A stretch of DNA of 32,290 nt, taken from the NCBI RefSeq assembly GCF_006345805.1, contig NW_021832802.1, positions 1 to 32,290 on the forward strand. The letters are read 5' to 3'. Below, in pieces: positions 1-10,030 of the stretch (positions are counted from its first letter, which is position 1; every line of letters starts with the position of its first letter). Made by a program: the position numbers and the translations under genes. The notes beneath the pieces were generated by a model that was not told the DNA's origin, ran no database searches, and saw only the letters and a program-made list of their open reading frames with translations. This DNA is from Octopus sinensis (taxonomy: Eukaryota).

Positions 1-208
1 ATAATTCCACTCCACCAAGAGTTGGGTGAGCCAACGGGCCGCAGAAATGCAACGAAATTTAACGACACTATACATATGGTTGGCTGGTTGGTTTGCAGAG
101 TGATTAGAGTGTCCAATAGAATGCAATGCTTCTCTCTGTGCACCGAGTTCAAATCCAGAGGTGATCAATTTCACGTTTTATTCTTTGAAAATTCAGGAGT
201 TGGTGGGT

Positions 209-326
209 GAAGACGCGTGGCCTAGTGGTTAAGGCAGTGGGCTCCAAATCGTAAGATCCTGGTCTCAATTCCCGTTCCGAGCAGTGCGTTGTTTCATTTC
301 ACGTTGCTCTCAGCTGTAAATGAAGT
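209..326 (+). mobile_element. Family D tRNA-derived SINE, 5' fragment
   Basis: A-box TGGCCTAGTGG, degenerate B-box GTCTCAATTCCC, followed by TTTCACGTTGCTC..CAGCTGTAAATGA, like the D copy at 19869-20116. Confidence 0.65.
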
Positions 327-1364
327 TAACCCAATGTCCTATTTTGTGGGGAGTGTTGTAATCTCACACTTTTAAACACCAGGAAAAACCTCGTTAAAAT
401 CTGGCCTCACCTGTCTTAGAACTCGTGGCAAACCCTAAGACAGACCAGAGGGTGTCGAGGACTTAAAGAATATCAGGATTGAAATGTTGTAGAGTTTTCT
501 GTATCTGTCCTAGCTGCCAATGTTCTGAGGTCAAATTCCTTCTAGTTGCTGATGATCAGAACTAATCAGCCGACCACGTGAGCATACTGTCCAACTTGTT
601 GCTCTACTGGTCTGCGTCAAATCGAAAGACTGTAAGAATGATAGATAATCCGGCAACGCACGTAGAGAATTTCGTCCAATTGTAGACCGATGACGGTTGA
701 TGGGAAAATGAGGAAAATGGTATTTAGGGGCTTTATCGATTAAGGGTAACATGCTTTTGCACGTATGTGTGTGTGTGCGGACGTGTGTCAGATTTTCTTT
801 TGGGGAAACCTAAAAGGTTTATAAGATCTCGAGTAAAGCAATATCTTGGGGTTATAGTAATTGTTTCTTGATAACAAGCTACTGCATACATAGAATAGAA
901 TTGGGGTCCTAGATTCTTGTCCCTTCCCCGCTCGGGCAACTGCGTAGTATGTCAATGTCTTAGGACAGAAATGAAATGACAAGCAGTTGTTCTGTGTATG
1001 CGAGGCTTTCGTGTCTCCAGCAACAATGCTTACCTGGCATCAGAGTGATCCCAGGCGTTGCTGTCAGACATCACAAGATGCTCTACCGATTATTCTCCCA
1101 CTGAGCTTTAGACATTCTCCAGTGCCACCAACGCTTCCTCAGCAAGAACGCAACGGAGCAACAGGTAAGCTTTTACGTGGTCGCTCGACCTGCAAAAATT
1201 AGCAAGGAAAATCTTCTTCAGATCACAGTCTAAGAACAAAACGCATTGGAGAAAATGCTCCTTGATTCTCTGTATATCAGTGGAAAATATATATATATAG
1301 GACGGTCACGGCTGGATTAATGTTCGATCATAGATTGTTTTGATCGAGAATAAACAGTGGCTAA

Positions 1365-2024
1365 ACATCAGGAGCAACGGCAGCAGCAATAACAAAAACA
1401 AAATTAAGCGACAACACACACTTCATCATCATCATCATCATCATCACCATCAACAAGACAATAACGACGACAAATATCATCATCATCATCACTATCATCA
1501 TCATCATCATCTGCAGCAACAAGAGCAGCAGCACCATCACCAGCAACATCAATGTCGTCGTCATCATCATCATCAGTAACAACAACAGCATCATCAGTAA
1601 CAACAACAGCATCATCATCAATATCAGCATCAAGAGTACCATTATCATCATCATCATCATCAGCATCCGCACCATTATGAACATCAATGTCAGCATCAAC
1701 AGTACCATTATCATCACCACCATCATCAGCATTATCGCCATCAATGTCATCATCATCATCATCATCATCTTCCTCACCAGCATCAGTAAACGATTTTCTA
1801 AGCAATTACATCAAAGTAAAGCAGCTCTAATTAAATCCAGTTATTATGAAGGCCAGAAAAGTGATTGCGTCATCACACTCCTCCACCACCTCCTCCTCCG
1901 CCAACACACTACCACCACCACCACCACCACCACCACCGTCACCACGACAACCAAAAACAAAACCGAATATAGCAGAGCATCACCACATCGCCATCGCCAC
2001 CAACATCAGACCCAATTCCGCTAC

Positions 2025-2063
<39 letters not shown>

Positions 2064-2096
2064 ATCATCATCATCATTCATATATCATCTCATTAT

Positions 2097-2128
<32 letters not shown>

Positions 2129-2138
2129 TATCATCATT

Positions 2139-2179
<41 letters not shown>

Positions 2180-2570
2180 TATCATCATCATCATCTTCAT
2201 TATCATCATCACCACCATCAGCACCGTCATCAACATCGATACGAGTCAACTTCCGAAACGCCACCACCATCACCGACTGTTACTGATATTACAACCACTA
2301 CAGCCTGAACCACCACCACCACCACCACCACCACCACACCACTGTAACTACTATAATCTACTACCGCCACTACCGACATCAATTACTAATATAATAATCA
2401 CTACAATCACTATAAGAACCACCACCATCAACAACATCAAAACCAACTACCACCACTACGACTATCACTAACATCAATAGTAACTATGCAACCACCACCA
2501 CCACCATCACCACTACCTATAGCATCAATACCTCCACCATCACCACTACCAACTAAAGTCTATTGCTACA
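1365..2570. repeat. Compound trinucleotide microsatellite (CAT)n/(CAC)n/(CAA)n
   Basis: Direct reading; explains the poly-His/Ile/Ser/Asp/Met ORFs in the track. Confidence 0.95.
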
Positions 2571-2617
2571 CCACCGGCACGTGCACCATTACCAGCGATA
2601 TCAATGTTAGATGGCAG

Positions 2618-2927
2618 CAGTAGTTCTCAATCACTCTTTTGTCGTTGGAGTTCTTTGATTTCCATTTTCCTCTGCTGGGCATCCATTTACATTCGTTGTA
2701 TATTAAAAAAGGATTTTCTTTTTAAGAATTAGATATTTTTAGAATTAAATATTTTTAGAATTAAATATTTCTAGAATTAAATATTATTAGGAATTGTATT
2801 AGAAAAAAATTGCTAAAATATTTTGTGTCTTGTAGAAGTGGAACTGTTTTATTGCAGATACATTTTTAACAGCAGAGTCTTATATTGATCCATAGGGGCC
2901 CATACGGAGTCCAGTTGAAAACCCCTG
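2618..2927. mobile_element. hAT (Charlie-like) MITE
   Basis: Ends CAGTAGTTCTCAA ... TTGAAAACCCCTG are inverted repeats (10/13 match) of the CAGNGGTTCTCAA type; right flank ATCTACAG resembles the Charlie target; 8-bp flanks do not match each other. Confidence 0.5.
2725..2788 (+). repeat. 16-bp minisatellite x4 (AGAATTAAATATTTTT) inside the putative hAT MITE
   Basis: Units start at 2725, 2741, 2757, 2773. Confidence 0.85.
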
Positions 2928-3003
2928 ATCTACAGCAAAACATCTAGCACCACCACTAACACTACGTACCAGAACTCAACCATCACCACCATCAATACAT
3001 ATT

Positions 3004-3230
3004 TTTTTACTACCCACAAGGGGCTACACACAGAGGGGACGAACAAGGACAGACAGACGGATTAAGTCGATTATATCAACCCCTGTGCATAACTGGTACT
3101 TAATTTATCGACCCCGAAAGGATGAAGGGCAAAGTCGACCTCGGCGGAATTTGATCTCAGAACGTAACGGCAGACGAAATACGGCTACGCATTTCGCTCG
3201 GCGTGCTAACGATTCTGCCAGCTCGCCGCT
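3004..3230 (-). mobile_element. Family A SINE, near full length
   Basis: Minus strand reads GCGGCGAGCTGGCAGAATCGTTAGC...GAGATCAAATTCCGCCGAGGTCGACTTTGCCCTTCATCCTTTCGGGGTCGATAAATTAAGTACCAG; central block recalls Sauria/MetaSINE-type domains (from memory). Confidence 0.85.
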
Positions 3231-3402
3231 TCAATACCATCAATACCAACGCTATTATACCACTAACAACCACCATCACCGGTGACGAGGATCACTATTG
3301 CCAGCATCAACGCATCCACCAACGTCATAAAACACGGTGGGTGGGTGGGTAGGGTGAAGTCACAATCTAGCTTAACAAAAAGGAGGGACATGCAAGAATA
3401 TA

Positions 3403-3669
3403 TCAGGTTGGAGAAAATGGCTGATTTTAAGGTCTCTATCAAAAATGAAAAGCGCGTGATTAAGACAATATCTATTCGTTAACATAATTTCTATTGTTTT
3501 CTAGAACATCATTCCATCTGTCAATAACCTTATAAATTCCACGCTTTAAAAATTGTTTAGGTTTTGAGGAATCCAAGTCATTTTCAACCTCTTCTCTTGA
3601 TGTCTACCTAAGACCATTCGAAGGGTTCTGTAGTCCTCAAAACAAGTGATAACCACAAGGAGCAAGGTC
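3403..3669 (-). mobile_element. Mariner 3' end with C-terminal transposase relic (3669-3472) and TIR
   Basis: Minus translation DLAPCGYHLF*GLQNPSNGLR*TSREEVENDLDSSKPKQFLKRGIYKVIDRWNDVLENNRNYVNE* matches the mariner (YSP)DLAPSDYHLFRSLQN...GI..L..RW tail; end TA|TCAGGTTGGAGAAAA is a mariner-type TIR next to TA. Confidence 0.8.
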
Positions 3670-4126
3670 GCAATTCCTCGCTCATAATTCGTTGGCAGGA
3701 GTTCCAGGACACACCAGTCATATCAAAAAAGTTCATCAACTATTCAGTGATGGTCCTCCAAGATCAGTTCATGAATTTTCAGGATGCTTTCATTCGTTCG
3801 TAAACTTGCATTTTGTTCATGGCAGCGTCCTTGTAAGCTGTTTGAAGCATGACAACTGCTTCGGCTGCCGTTTTCCTCAGCGGAAAACAGAATTACATAG
3901 AAGAACGCACGCTGTTTCTTCGTTTCAGTCATCGCAAAGATCGACGAACAGGGAAGAAGCGCTGCAAAACGGAGACGCGCCACGTGACAGTACGACTCCA
4001 CTCGACGACACCGGTCGGCAGACCGATGCCTGAGGTTTGCATCAAGTGGCTTCTAGCGGCGGAAACCCGAACTACAAGGGGCCCGTCCCACAGAGAACGA
4101 TTTCATCTACTTTAAGGTATCTCCTC

Positions 4127-4127
<1 letters not shown>
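3670..4127 (-). mobile_element. Mariner 5' end with frameshifted N-terminal HTH transposase relic (ATG at 3932)
   Basis: MTETKKQRA... and RTNESILKIHELILEDH, then MTGVSWNSCQRIMSEELR; homologous to 28086-28643; terminus CGAGGAGATACC abuts a (TA)n tract. Confidence 0.85.
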
Positions 4128-4170
<43 letters not shown>

Positions 4171-4172
<2 letters not shown>

Positions 4173-4517
4173 TCTTACTCTTTTTACTTGTTTCAGTTAT
4201 TTGACTGTGGCCATGCTGGAGCACCACCTTTTAGTCGAACAAATCAACCCCAGGACTTATTCTTTGTAAGCCTAGTACTTATTCTATCGGCCTCTTTGCC
4301 GAACCGCTAAGTTACGGGGGACGTAAACACAGACACACACTCCTATATACATATACATATATACGACGGGCTTTTTTCAGTTTCCGTCAAGCAAATCCAC
4401 TCAAAAGGCTTTGGTCGGCCCGAGGCTATAGTAGAAGACACTTGCCACGCAGTGGGACTGAAACCGGAACCATGTTGTTGTTAAGCAAGCTACTTACCAC
4501 ACAGCCACTCCTGCGAC
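4171..4517 (-). mobile_element. Family B SINE with internal deletions
   Basis: Head GTCGCAGGAGTGGCTGTGTGGTAAGTAGCTTGC and tail GAAACAAGTAAAAAGAGTAAGAGT on the minus strand; homologous to 10771-11195. Confidence 0.9.
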
Positions 4518-4550
<33 letters not shown>

Positions 4551-5136
4551 TATATGTTTATATATATGTGTACATCTGCCTAGACACAAACACACCTTCT
4601 TCTGTATATCTCTATCACCCGAAGGGCAACAAACGAGAAAACTCGGAGCAATGTATTATAAAATTTTTCTGCTTTCAATAAATAACTATCTACTTTCTCT
4701 ATTGAGTACTACGTTGTTTTCTCTTTGTTCATTTCATTTCAGCTCCTACGCAATAAAATATCTTCTATATGACAAACTACACACATACACAAACTTATAA
4801 TATATATATGTATATATATATACGTTTCTGTGCACGCATACATACACATTCGCTATGACATCCTGGTATTTTTCTGTTGTGCACTAAACTACTGGTGTTT
4901 CGCTTTCTTCTTATTGTTAAAGCACAGTCGGATTCCTTGAGGAGGGAATTCAATTTTATTCATTGATTGAATCAATATATATAATATTAGACACACACAT
5001 ACACACGTATATGACAATGTGTGTTTGTGTGTGTGTGTGTGTGTGCGCGCGTATATATCTACATACACACACGTATATTCATGTGTATATTCAGACTTAT
5101 ACGTTTTCATTCACATCTTCATATATAATATATATA

Positions 5137-5525
5137 TAAAATATACAGAAATATGAGTATATATACATGAATGTATATACACATAACTACATATAATATA
5201 CAGCTTTCTTTATGTATATGAACACATACTTTCTATATATATCTATGAATATGAATGTGGTGTTATATTAGTATAATATATATATATACATATAGCACTT
5301 CATAAATATAAATACACACATTTAGCTTATATATATATATATTTAAAATATACAGAAATATGAGTATATATACATGAATGTATATACACATAACTACATA
5401 TAATATACAGCTTTCTTTATGTATATGAACACATACTTCTCTATATATCTATGAATATGAATGTGTGTGTATATATAGATATATATATACATATAGCACT
5501 TCATAAATATAAATACACACATTTA
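5137..5525 (+). repeat. Tandem duplication, period about 207 bp
   Basis: TAAAATATACAGAAATATGAG...AATACACACATTTA at 5137-5324 is repeated at 5344-5525. Confidence 0.9.
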
Positions 5526-5924
5526 TATATATAACGCCCACAAACATACATAATACATATAGCTATTTATATATATAAGAATACCTATATACACCTCTGT
5601 ATACATGAATTCACACACATTATCATATATATATAGTTGTGCATCTATAATTCTCTACGCAACTGCATGCATCGGTACCAAAGTATTAGCTTAAGCCTTG
5701 AGCGTAAATTCTTGAACGAATGTCGAAGTCATATTATTCCATCGGGTACATCTGGGAATCATGCTGTCTCGTATATTTGAAATTCCAAGAATTCAGTAAC
5801 CAATGAATGAAGAAAAAAAAGGCAACCTACAGATTCTGCTACGCTATTTCATATTCAATGCAGTCCCACAGTTATTCGCTAGGATCATAATACATACATA
5901 CGGTAGCAAAATTTTATATATGTA

Positions 5925-6720
5925 TACTATATATATATATATATATATATATTATAAAAAGAATTCCAACCTTGTCTGATTTTCACGTTTTATTTACAAT
6001 CTTATAATGATATATTATAAGTAAATATATTATAATTGAATAAAATAAAATGAAATAGTAGAATGTTAAATATTATTCTGATTGAACTAGTACTTTCATG
6101 CATGAATATGCAATATTGGTTCATGTAGTGTGTTGACAGTCATGCTTCACAATTTTGACTATATATATACATACACAGATATATACATACACATATATAT
6201 ACATGCACACATATATATATACATACACATATATGTATATATATATACATACACACACACATATATACATACACACACCATATATATACACTTATATATA
6301 TACATACATATATACACATACATATATACACACACATATATATACATACATATATACACATACATATATACACACACACATATATATACACATACATATA
6401 TATATACACATATAGATATATATGCACACATATTATATATACACATATTTATATACACACACACACATATATATATATACATTATATATTCTATATATAT
6501 ATATATATATAATACACATTTATACACGCACACACACACACACACATATATATATATTTATATATATACACACATATATATACACATATACATATATATA
6601 CACTCATATATACACACACATACACACACATATATATATATAAATATATATACGTGCATTATATACATATACATATGCATATTTATTGCATGCATTATAT
6701 TACATACGTCATATTCATTA
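5925..6720. repeat. (TA)n/(TACA)n compound microsatellite region
   Basis: Direct reading. Confidence 0.9.
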
Positions 6721-6791
6721 TATATCTTAGGAAAACGAAATGTTTTTTGAAACGTAATTACGATAATATTGTTTTGTATCGTCATTTGTTT

Positions 6792-6944
6792 AAGGCAACG
6801 AGGCGGCAGAACCATCAGCACGGCGGTCACAATGTTAAGCGGTATTTTTAGAGGGATTTCATCCATCCTTACGATCTGACTTCAAATTCCGCCGCGGTCA
6901 AGTTTGCCTTTCATCCTTTCTGGGCCGATAAATTAATTACTAGT
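6792..6944 (+). mobile_element. Family A SINE, degraded
   Basis: TTCAAATTCCGCCGCGGTCAAGTTTGCCTTTCATCCTTTCTGGGCCGATAAATTAA. Confidence 0.75.
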
Positions 6945-7245
6945 TAAGAAGCACTGTGTTCGATATAATCTATATATGTACCCGCACGTATCTACGCGCA
7001 TAGGCACACCATGATCTGTACACACGCAGACGAGGATCGATTAATATGGAAAAGGAAGTAAACAAAATATGACCACTGGCTTATCGGGAAATTTGTAAAT
7101 TCGATTTAAAAAAACAAAGATTTAAGTATCATCATTATAGGTATTTATACTTCGGTGAAATTAAGACATCAAGTAAATAAACGAAACTCTCGAATCCATC
7201 ACTGTACATACACACATATACACACAATCGTATATCTATGTACGT

Positions 7246-7421
7246 ACTTAGTGGTTAGGGCAGCTGACTCGCGGTCGTAAGAACGCGGTTTCAATTCCCA
7301 GACCGGGCATTGTGAGTGTTTATTGAGCAAAGACACCTAAGCCCCACGGGACTCCGGCGGGGGAGGGTGGTGAACCCCACTGTACACTTTCATTACAACT
7401 TTCTCTCACTCTTTCTTCCTA
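7246..7421 (+). mobile_element. Family C/E SINE 5' half
   Basis: AGTGGTTAGGGCAGCTGACTCGCGGTCGTAAGAACGCGGTTTCAATTCCCAGACCGGG...ACTTTCTCTCACTCTTTCTTCC. Confidence 0.8.
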
Positions 7422-7709
7422 CTTCTTCCACAAAGCAGAGGAACCATGGTGTAACCCACTATGGTGTGGTAAACTTTCAGACCCTAGTCTAGATTGCGAA
7501 TCCTCTGTACCCCATGATGGTTCAGCTCTCCACCCGTTAAAAGCCACCGTTTTCGGAATGAGGATAACAACGTAGCTTTCGCGCCCATGCAACCGCCAGT
7601 CTATCGTGTGTGGTGAGTGGATTTTCAAGTTGCCACAAGCATTCTTAGTAGCTTAGAGTAGGCTCGAATTAGAGATTATTCTTTGTGGCTAATGGTGTGA
7701 GTCCTGATT

Positions 7710-7885
7710 GGAAGAAGAAGAAGGAAAAGGAACAGGAAGAAGGAAGAAGAAGAAGGAAGAAGAAAGAAGAAGAAGGAAGAAGAAGGAAAAAGAAAGAAGG
7801 AAAAAGAAAGAAGAAGAAGAAAAGGAAGAAGACGGAAGAAGAAAGAAAGAGGAAGAAGGAAAAAGAAGGAGGAACAAGAAGAAGG
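7710..7885 (+). repeat. (GAA)n-based polypurine tract
   Basis: About 176 bp with only three C and no T. Confidence 0.95.
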
Positions 7886-7923
7886 CAACAACTACTATCT
7901 CCACGATTGCTATCACCACTATT

Positions 7924-8160
7924 AAGGCGGTGAGCTGACAGAGTCGTTAGCATGCCGGAAAAAATGCTAAACAGCATTTAGTCCGTCTTTATGTTTTAAG
8001 TTCTGAATTCAAATTCCGTCGAGGTCGACTTTGCCTTTCATTCTCTCGGGATCGAAAAATTAAGAATCTTTTTGGGCACTGGGGTCGATGTAATCGAATA
8101 GCCCCTACCCTCAACATTTCAGTCCTTGTGGCTATATTAGAAGGGATTATTATTATTATC
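7924..8160 (+). mobile_element. Family A SINE with (ATT)n tail
   Basis: AAGGCGGTGAGCTGACAGAGTCGTTAGC head, TTCAAATTCC B-box, GTCGACTTTGCCTTTCA core, ATTATTATTATT tail. Confidence 0.85.
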
Positions 8161-8281
8161 ACAATCACATCCAGCGCCACCATAGCTGCCAGTAAAAAGG
8201 GTAGCCAAGCCTTCTTCACAATACACTACCATAAAAAATGAAGGACATATTGAAGAATTTGGATACGCTACATATGGTAAT

Positions 8282-8569
8282 GTGGAGGCGCAATGACCCA
8301 GTGGTTAGGGCAGCGGACTCGCGGTTGTAGGATCGCGGTTTCGATTCCCAGACCAGGCGTTGTGAGTGTTTATTGAGCGAAAACACCTAAAAGCTCCACG
8401 AGGCTCCGGCAGGGGGTGGTGATCCCTGCTGTACTCTTTCACCACTCTTTCTTCTGTTGGCCTGCTCGCTTAGCCAGCGGGGTGGCGTCATTCGAAGGCT
8501 AAAACAATGCGAACGCATTGTGACCAGCGATGTGTAACTACATCTGATGGACTGGTCGGTCACGTGATC
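8282..8569 (+). mobile_element. Family C SINE, full length, 12-bp TSD
   Basis: A-box TGACCCAGTGG, B-box GGTTTCGATTCCC, CACGTGAT end; TSD ACATATGGTAAT at 8270-8281 and 8570-8581. Confidence 0.95.
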
Positions 8570-8914
8570 ACATATGGTAATATGATGTAACGATCACGGT
8601 TAGACCGCCTTTGATCACATCTCTGCTAGATCAGGGCTGACCCAGGGTTAAACATTACTATTACTGCCACCACCACCACCACTATTACTAACACCACCAC
8701 TACAACTAAAATCACCGCCTCCCCGTTGAGGACACAATAAAGGGAAAAATGAATACACTCAATATTTGATCGTTAATTATCCAAAATCGATTATCAAAGT
8801 TTAATTAAAGCCAAAAATTTACTTTTAATCTTCCGTTCAGTTATTTGGAGACTGCCATCATTCTTATAGGTTTATATTTCAATAATGATATCAAAGACGG
8901 GGACAAAAGCTCCA

Positions 8915-9130
8915 AAGATTTGGCAAATGAGGAGTGATGGTGGGGGATGAGGTGGTGGTGGGGCGGGATGGGGGTTCAATTAACCGATCAGTCAATCAAT
9001 CAAATCGAAACCAATATTTCAATGCTACTTTTTTTTCCTTTTTTTTTTTCTTTTTATCGAAACCCCGGAAGTATTAAAAGTTAATATCGATCTTAGCGGA
9101 CTTTGAACTTAGAATGTAGAAGGAACAGAA
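8915..9130 (-). mobile_element. Family A SINE, degraded, with G-rich expansion
   Basis: TTTTATCGAAACCCCGGAAG...GATCTTAGCGGACTTTGAACTTAGAATGTA aligns with family A on the minus strand. Confidence 0.55.
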
Positions 9131-9132
9131 AA

Positions 9133-9515
9133 GTGTAGCTGTGTGGTAAGAAGCTTGCTTCACAACCACATGGCTCCGGGTTCAGTCTCAATGCGTGGCG
9201 TGGCACCGTGGGTAAGTCTCTGCTGCTATAAGCCTCGCACCGACCTAAACCTTGCGAGTGGATTTGGTCGACGGAAACTGAAAGAAGCCCGTCGTTAGCT
9301 CGTCGGACAAAATGCTCAGTGGCATTTCCTCCGGCTCTTTGTGTTCTGAGATCAAATCCTGCCGAAGTAACTTTTACTTTCAATTCGTTTCGGATCGATA
9401 AAATAAAGTACCGATCAGGTACCGCTATCGATGTAAACGACTTGTCCCCTATTGGGATCGATCTAATCGAGTAACCAACTCCCTCAAATTTGCTGGCCTT
9501 GTACCAAAATTTACC
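9133..9515 (+). mobile_element. Composite of family B head (9133-9296) and family A body (9294-9515)
   Basis: B sequence through GAAAGAAGCCCGTCGT continues directly into A-type TAGCTCGTCGGACAAAATGCTCAGTGGCATTTC...GAGATCAAATCC. Confidence 0.7.
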
Positions 9516-9613
9516 ATCTTGTACCATCTCGCTAACTTCCACATTCATTTATTATAATAGTTAAAAAAAAAAGGATGAGTGTTCCCGCTGGAAAAGCAAA
9601 CATTATGATGTAA

Positions 9614-10030
9614 TTTCGATATCGAGTTAAAATCTGACACTCGATTATTATTATTTAGCAAAATCCTTTGAAGAATAAAGATTTCGATGCGGTTTCGTTA
9701 TCCAGTGAAAATCTGACAATCGTGTATTATATGGAAGAGTTCCCGCTACGCTCGAACTAGAGTTAAACTTTTGAAGAATAAAAGATTTCAATGCGGTTTC
9801 GATATCCAGTGAAAATCTGACAATCATTTATTATATTTAGCAAAACCTTTGAAAAATAAAGATTTCGATGCGGTTTCGATATCCAGTGAAAATCTGACAA
9901 TCGTGTATTATATGGAAGAGTTCCCGCTACGCTCGAACTAGAGTTAAACTTTTGAAGAATAAAAGATATCGATGCGGTTTCGATATCCAGTAAAATTTTG
10001 ATATTCAATTATCATGTTATTTAGCCAAAA
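9614..10030. repeat. Higher-order tandem repeat: 55-56-bp core x4 (plus one partial) with alternating 22-24-bp and 48-bp spacers; 181-bp dimer period
   Basis: Cores at 9667-9721, 9770-9825, 9848-9902, 9951-10006; 48-bp spacers 9722-9769 and 9903-9950 are identical. Confidence 0.95.

Noticed and set aside
88-190. Very degraded family A-like head (GAGTTCAAATCC B-box)
   Set aside because: Only the B-box matches clearly; too diverged to list as a feature.
1340-2471. Long ORFs encoding poly-His, poly-Ile, poly-Asp, poly-Ser or poly-Met (up to 264 aa)
   Set aside because: They are translations of the (CAT)n/(CAC)n microsatellite, which lacks stops in several frames; no non-repetitive domain.
3744-4001. 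Functional transposase or domesticated gene
   Set aside because: Frameshifts and stops; the catalytic DD34D region is missing.
6130-6866. Overlapping YI/HT-rich ORFs, and similar ones at 13085, 16055, 20671, 25027 and 30848
   Set aside because: Translated (TA)n/(TACA)n microsatellites.
7420-7700. GC-richer unexplained segment with a 69-aa minus-strand ORF
   Set aside because: No recognisable protein or RNA motif; could be a TE fragment, but I cannot support a call.
7669-7977. Lys/Arg/Glu-rich and Phe/Ser/Leu-rich ORFs
   Set aside because: Translation of the GAA polypurine tract.
8282-8355. Functional tRNA genes at SINE heads (also 11911, 21021, 26965-27040, 30597)
   Set aside because: A and B boxes are present, but I could not fold a complete cloverleaf with an acceptor stem, and each continues into SINE body sequence.
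8942-8974. G-quadruplex in a G-rich SINE expansion, and G-runs at 24856-24928
   Set aside because: At least one loop is 12 nt or longer; weaker than the 3339-3354 motif and explained by simple-repeat drift.
9614-10030. True CRISPR array
   Set aside because: Spacers are duplicated or related, the repeat is long (55 bp), there are no cas genes and the context is eukaryotic; kept as a higher-order repeat finding.
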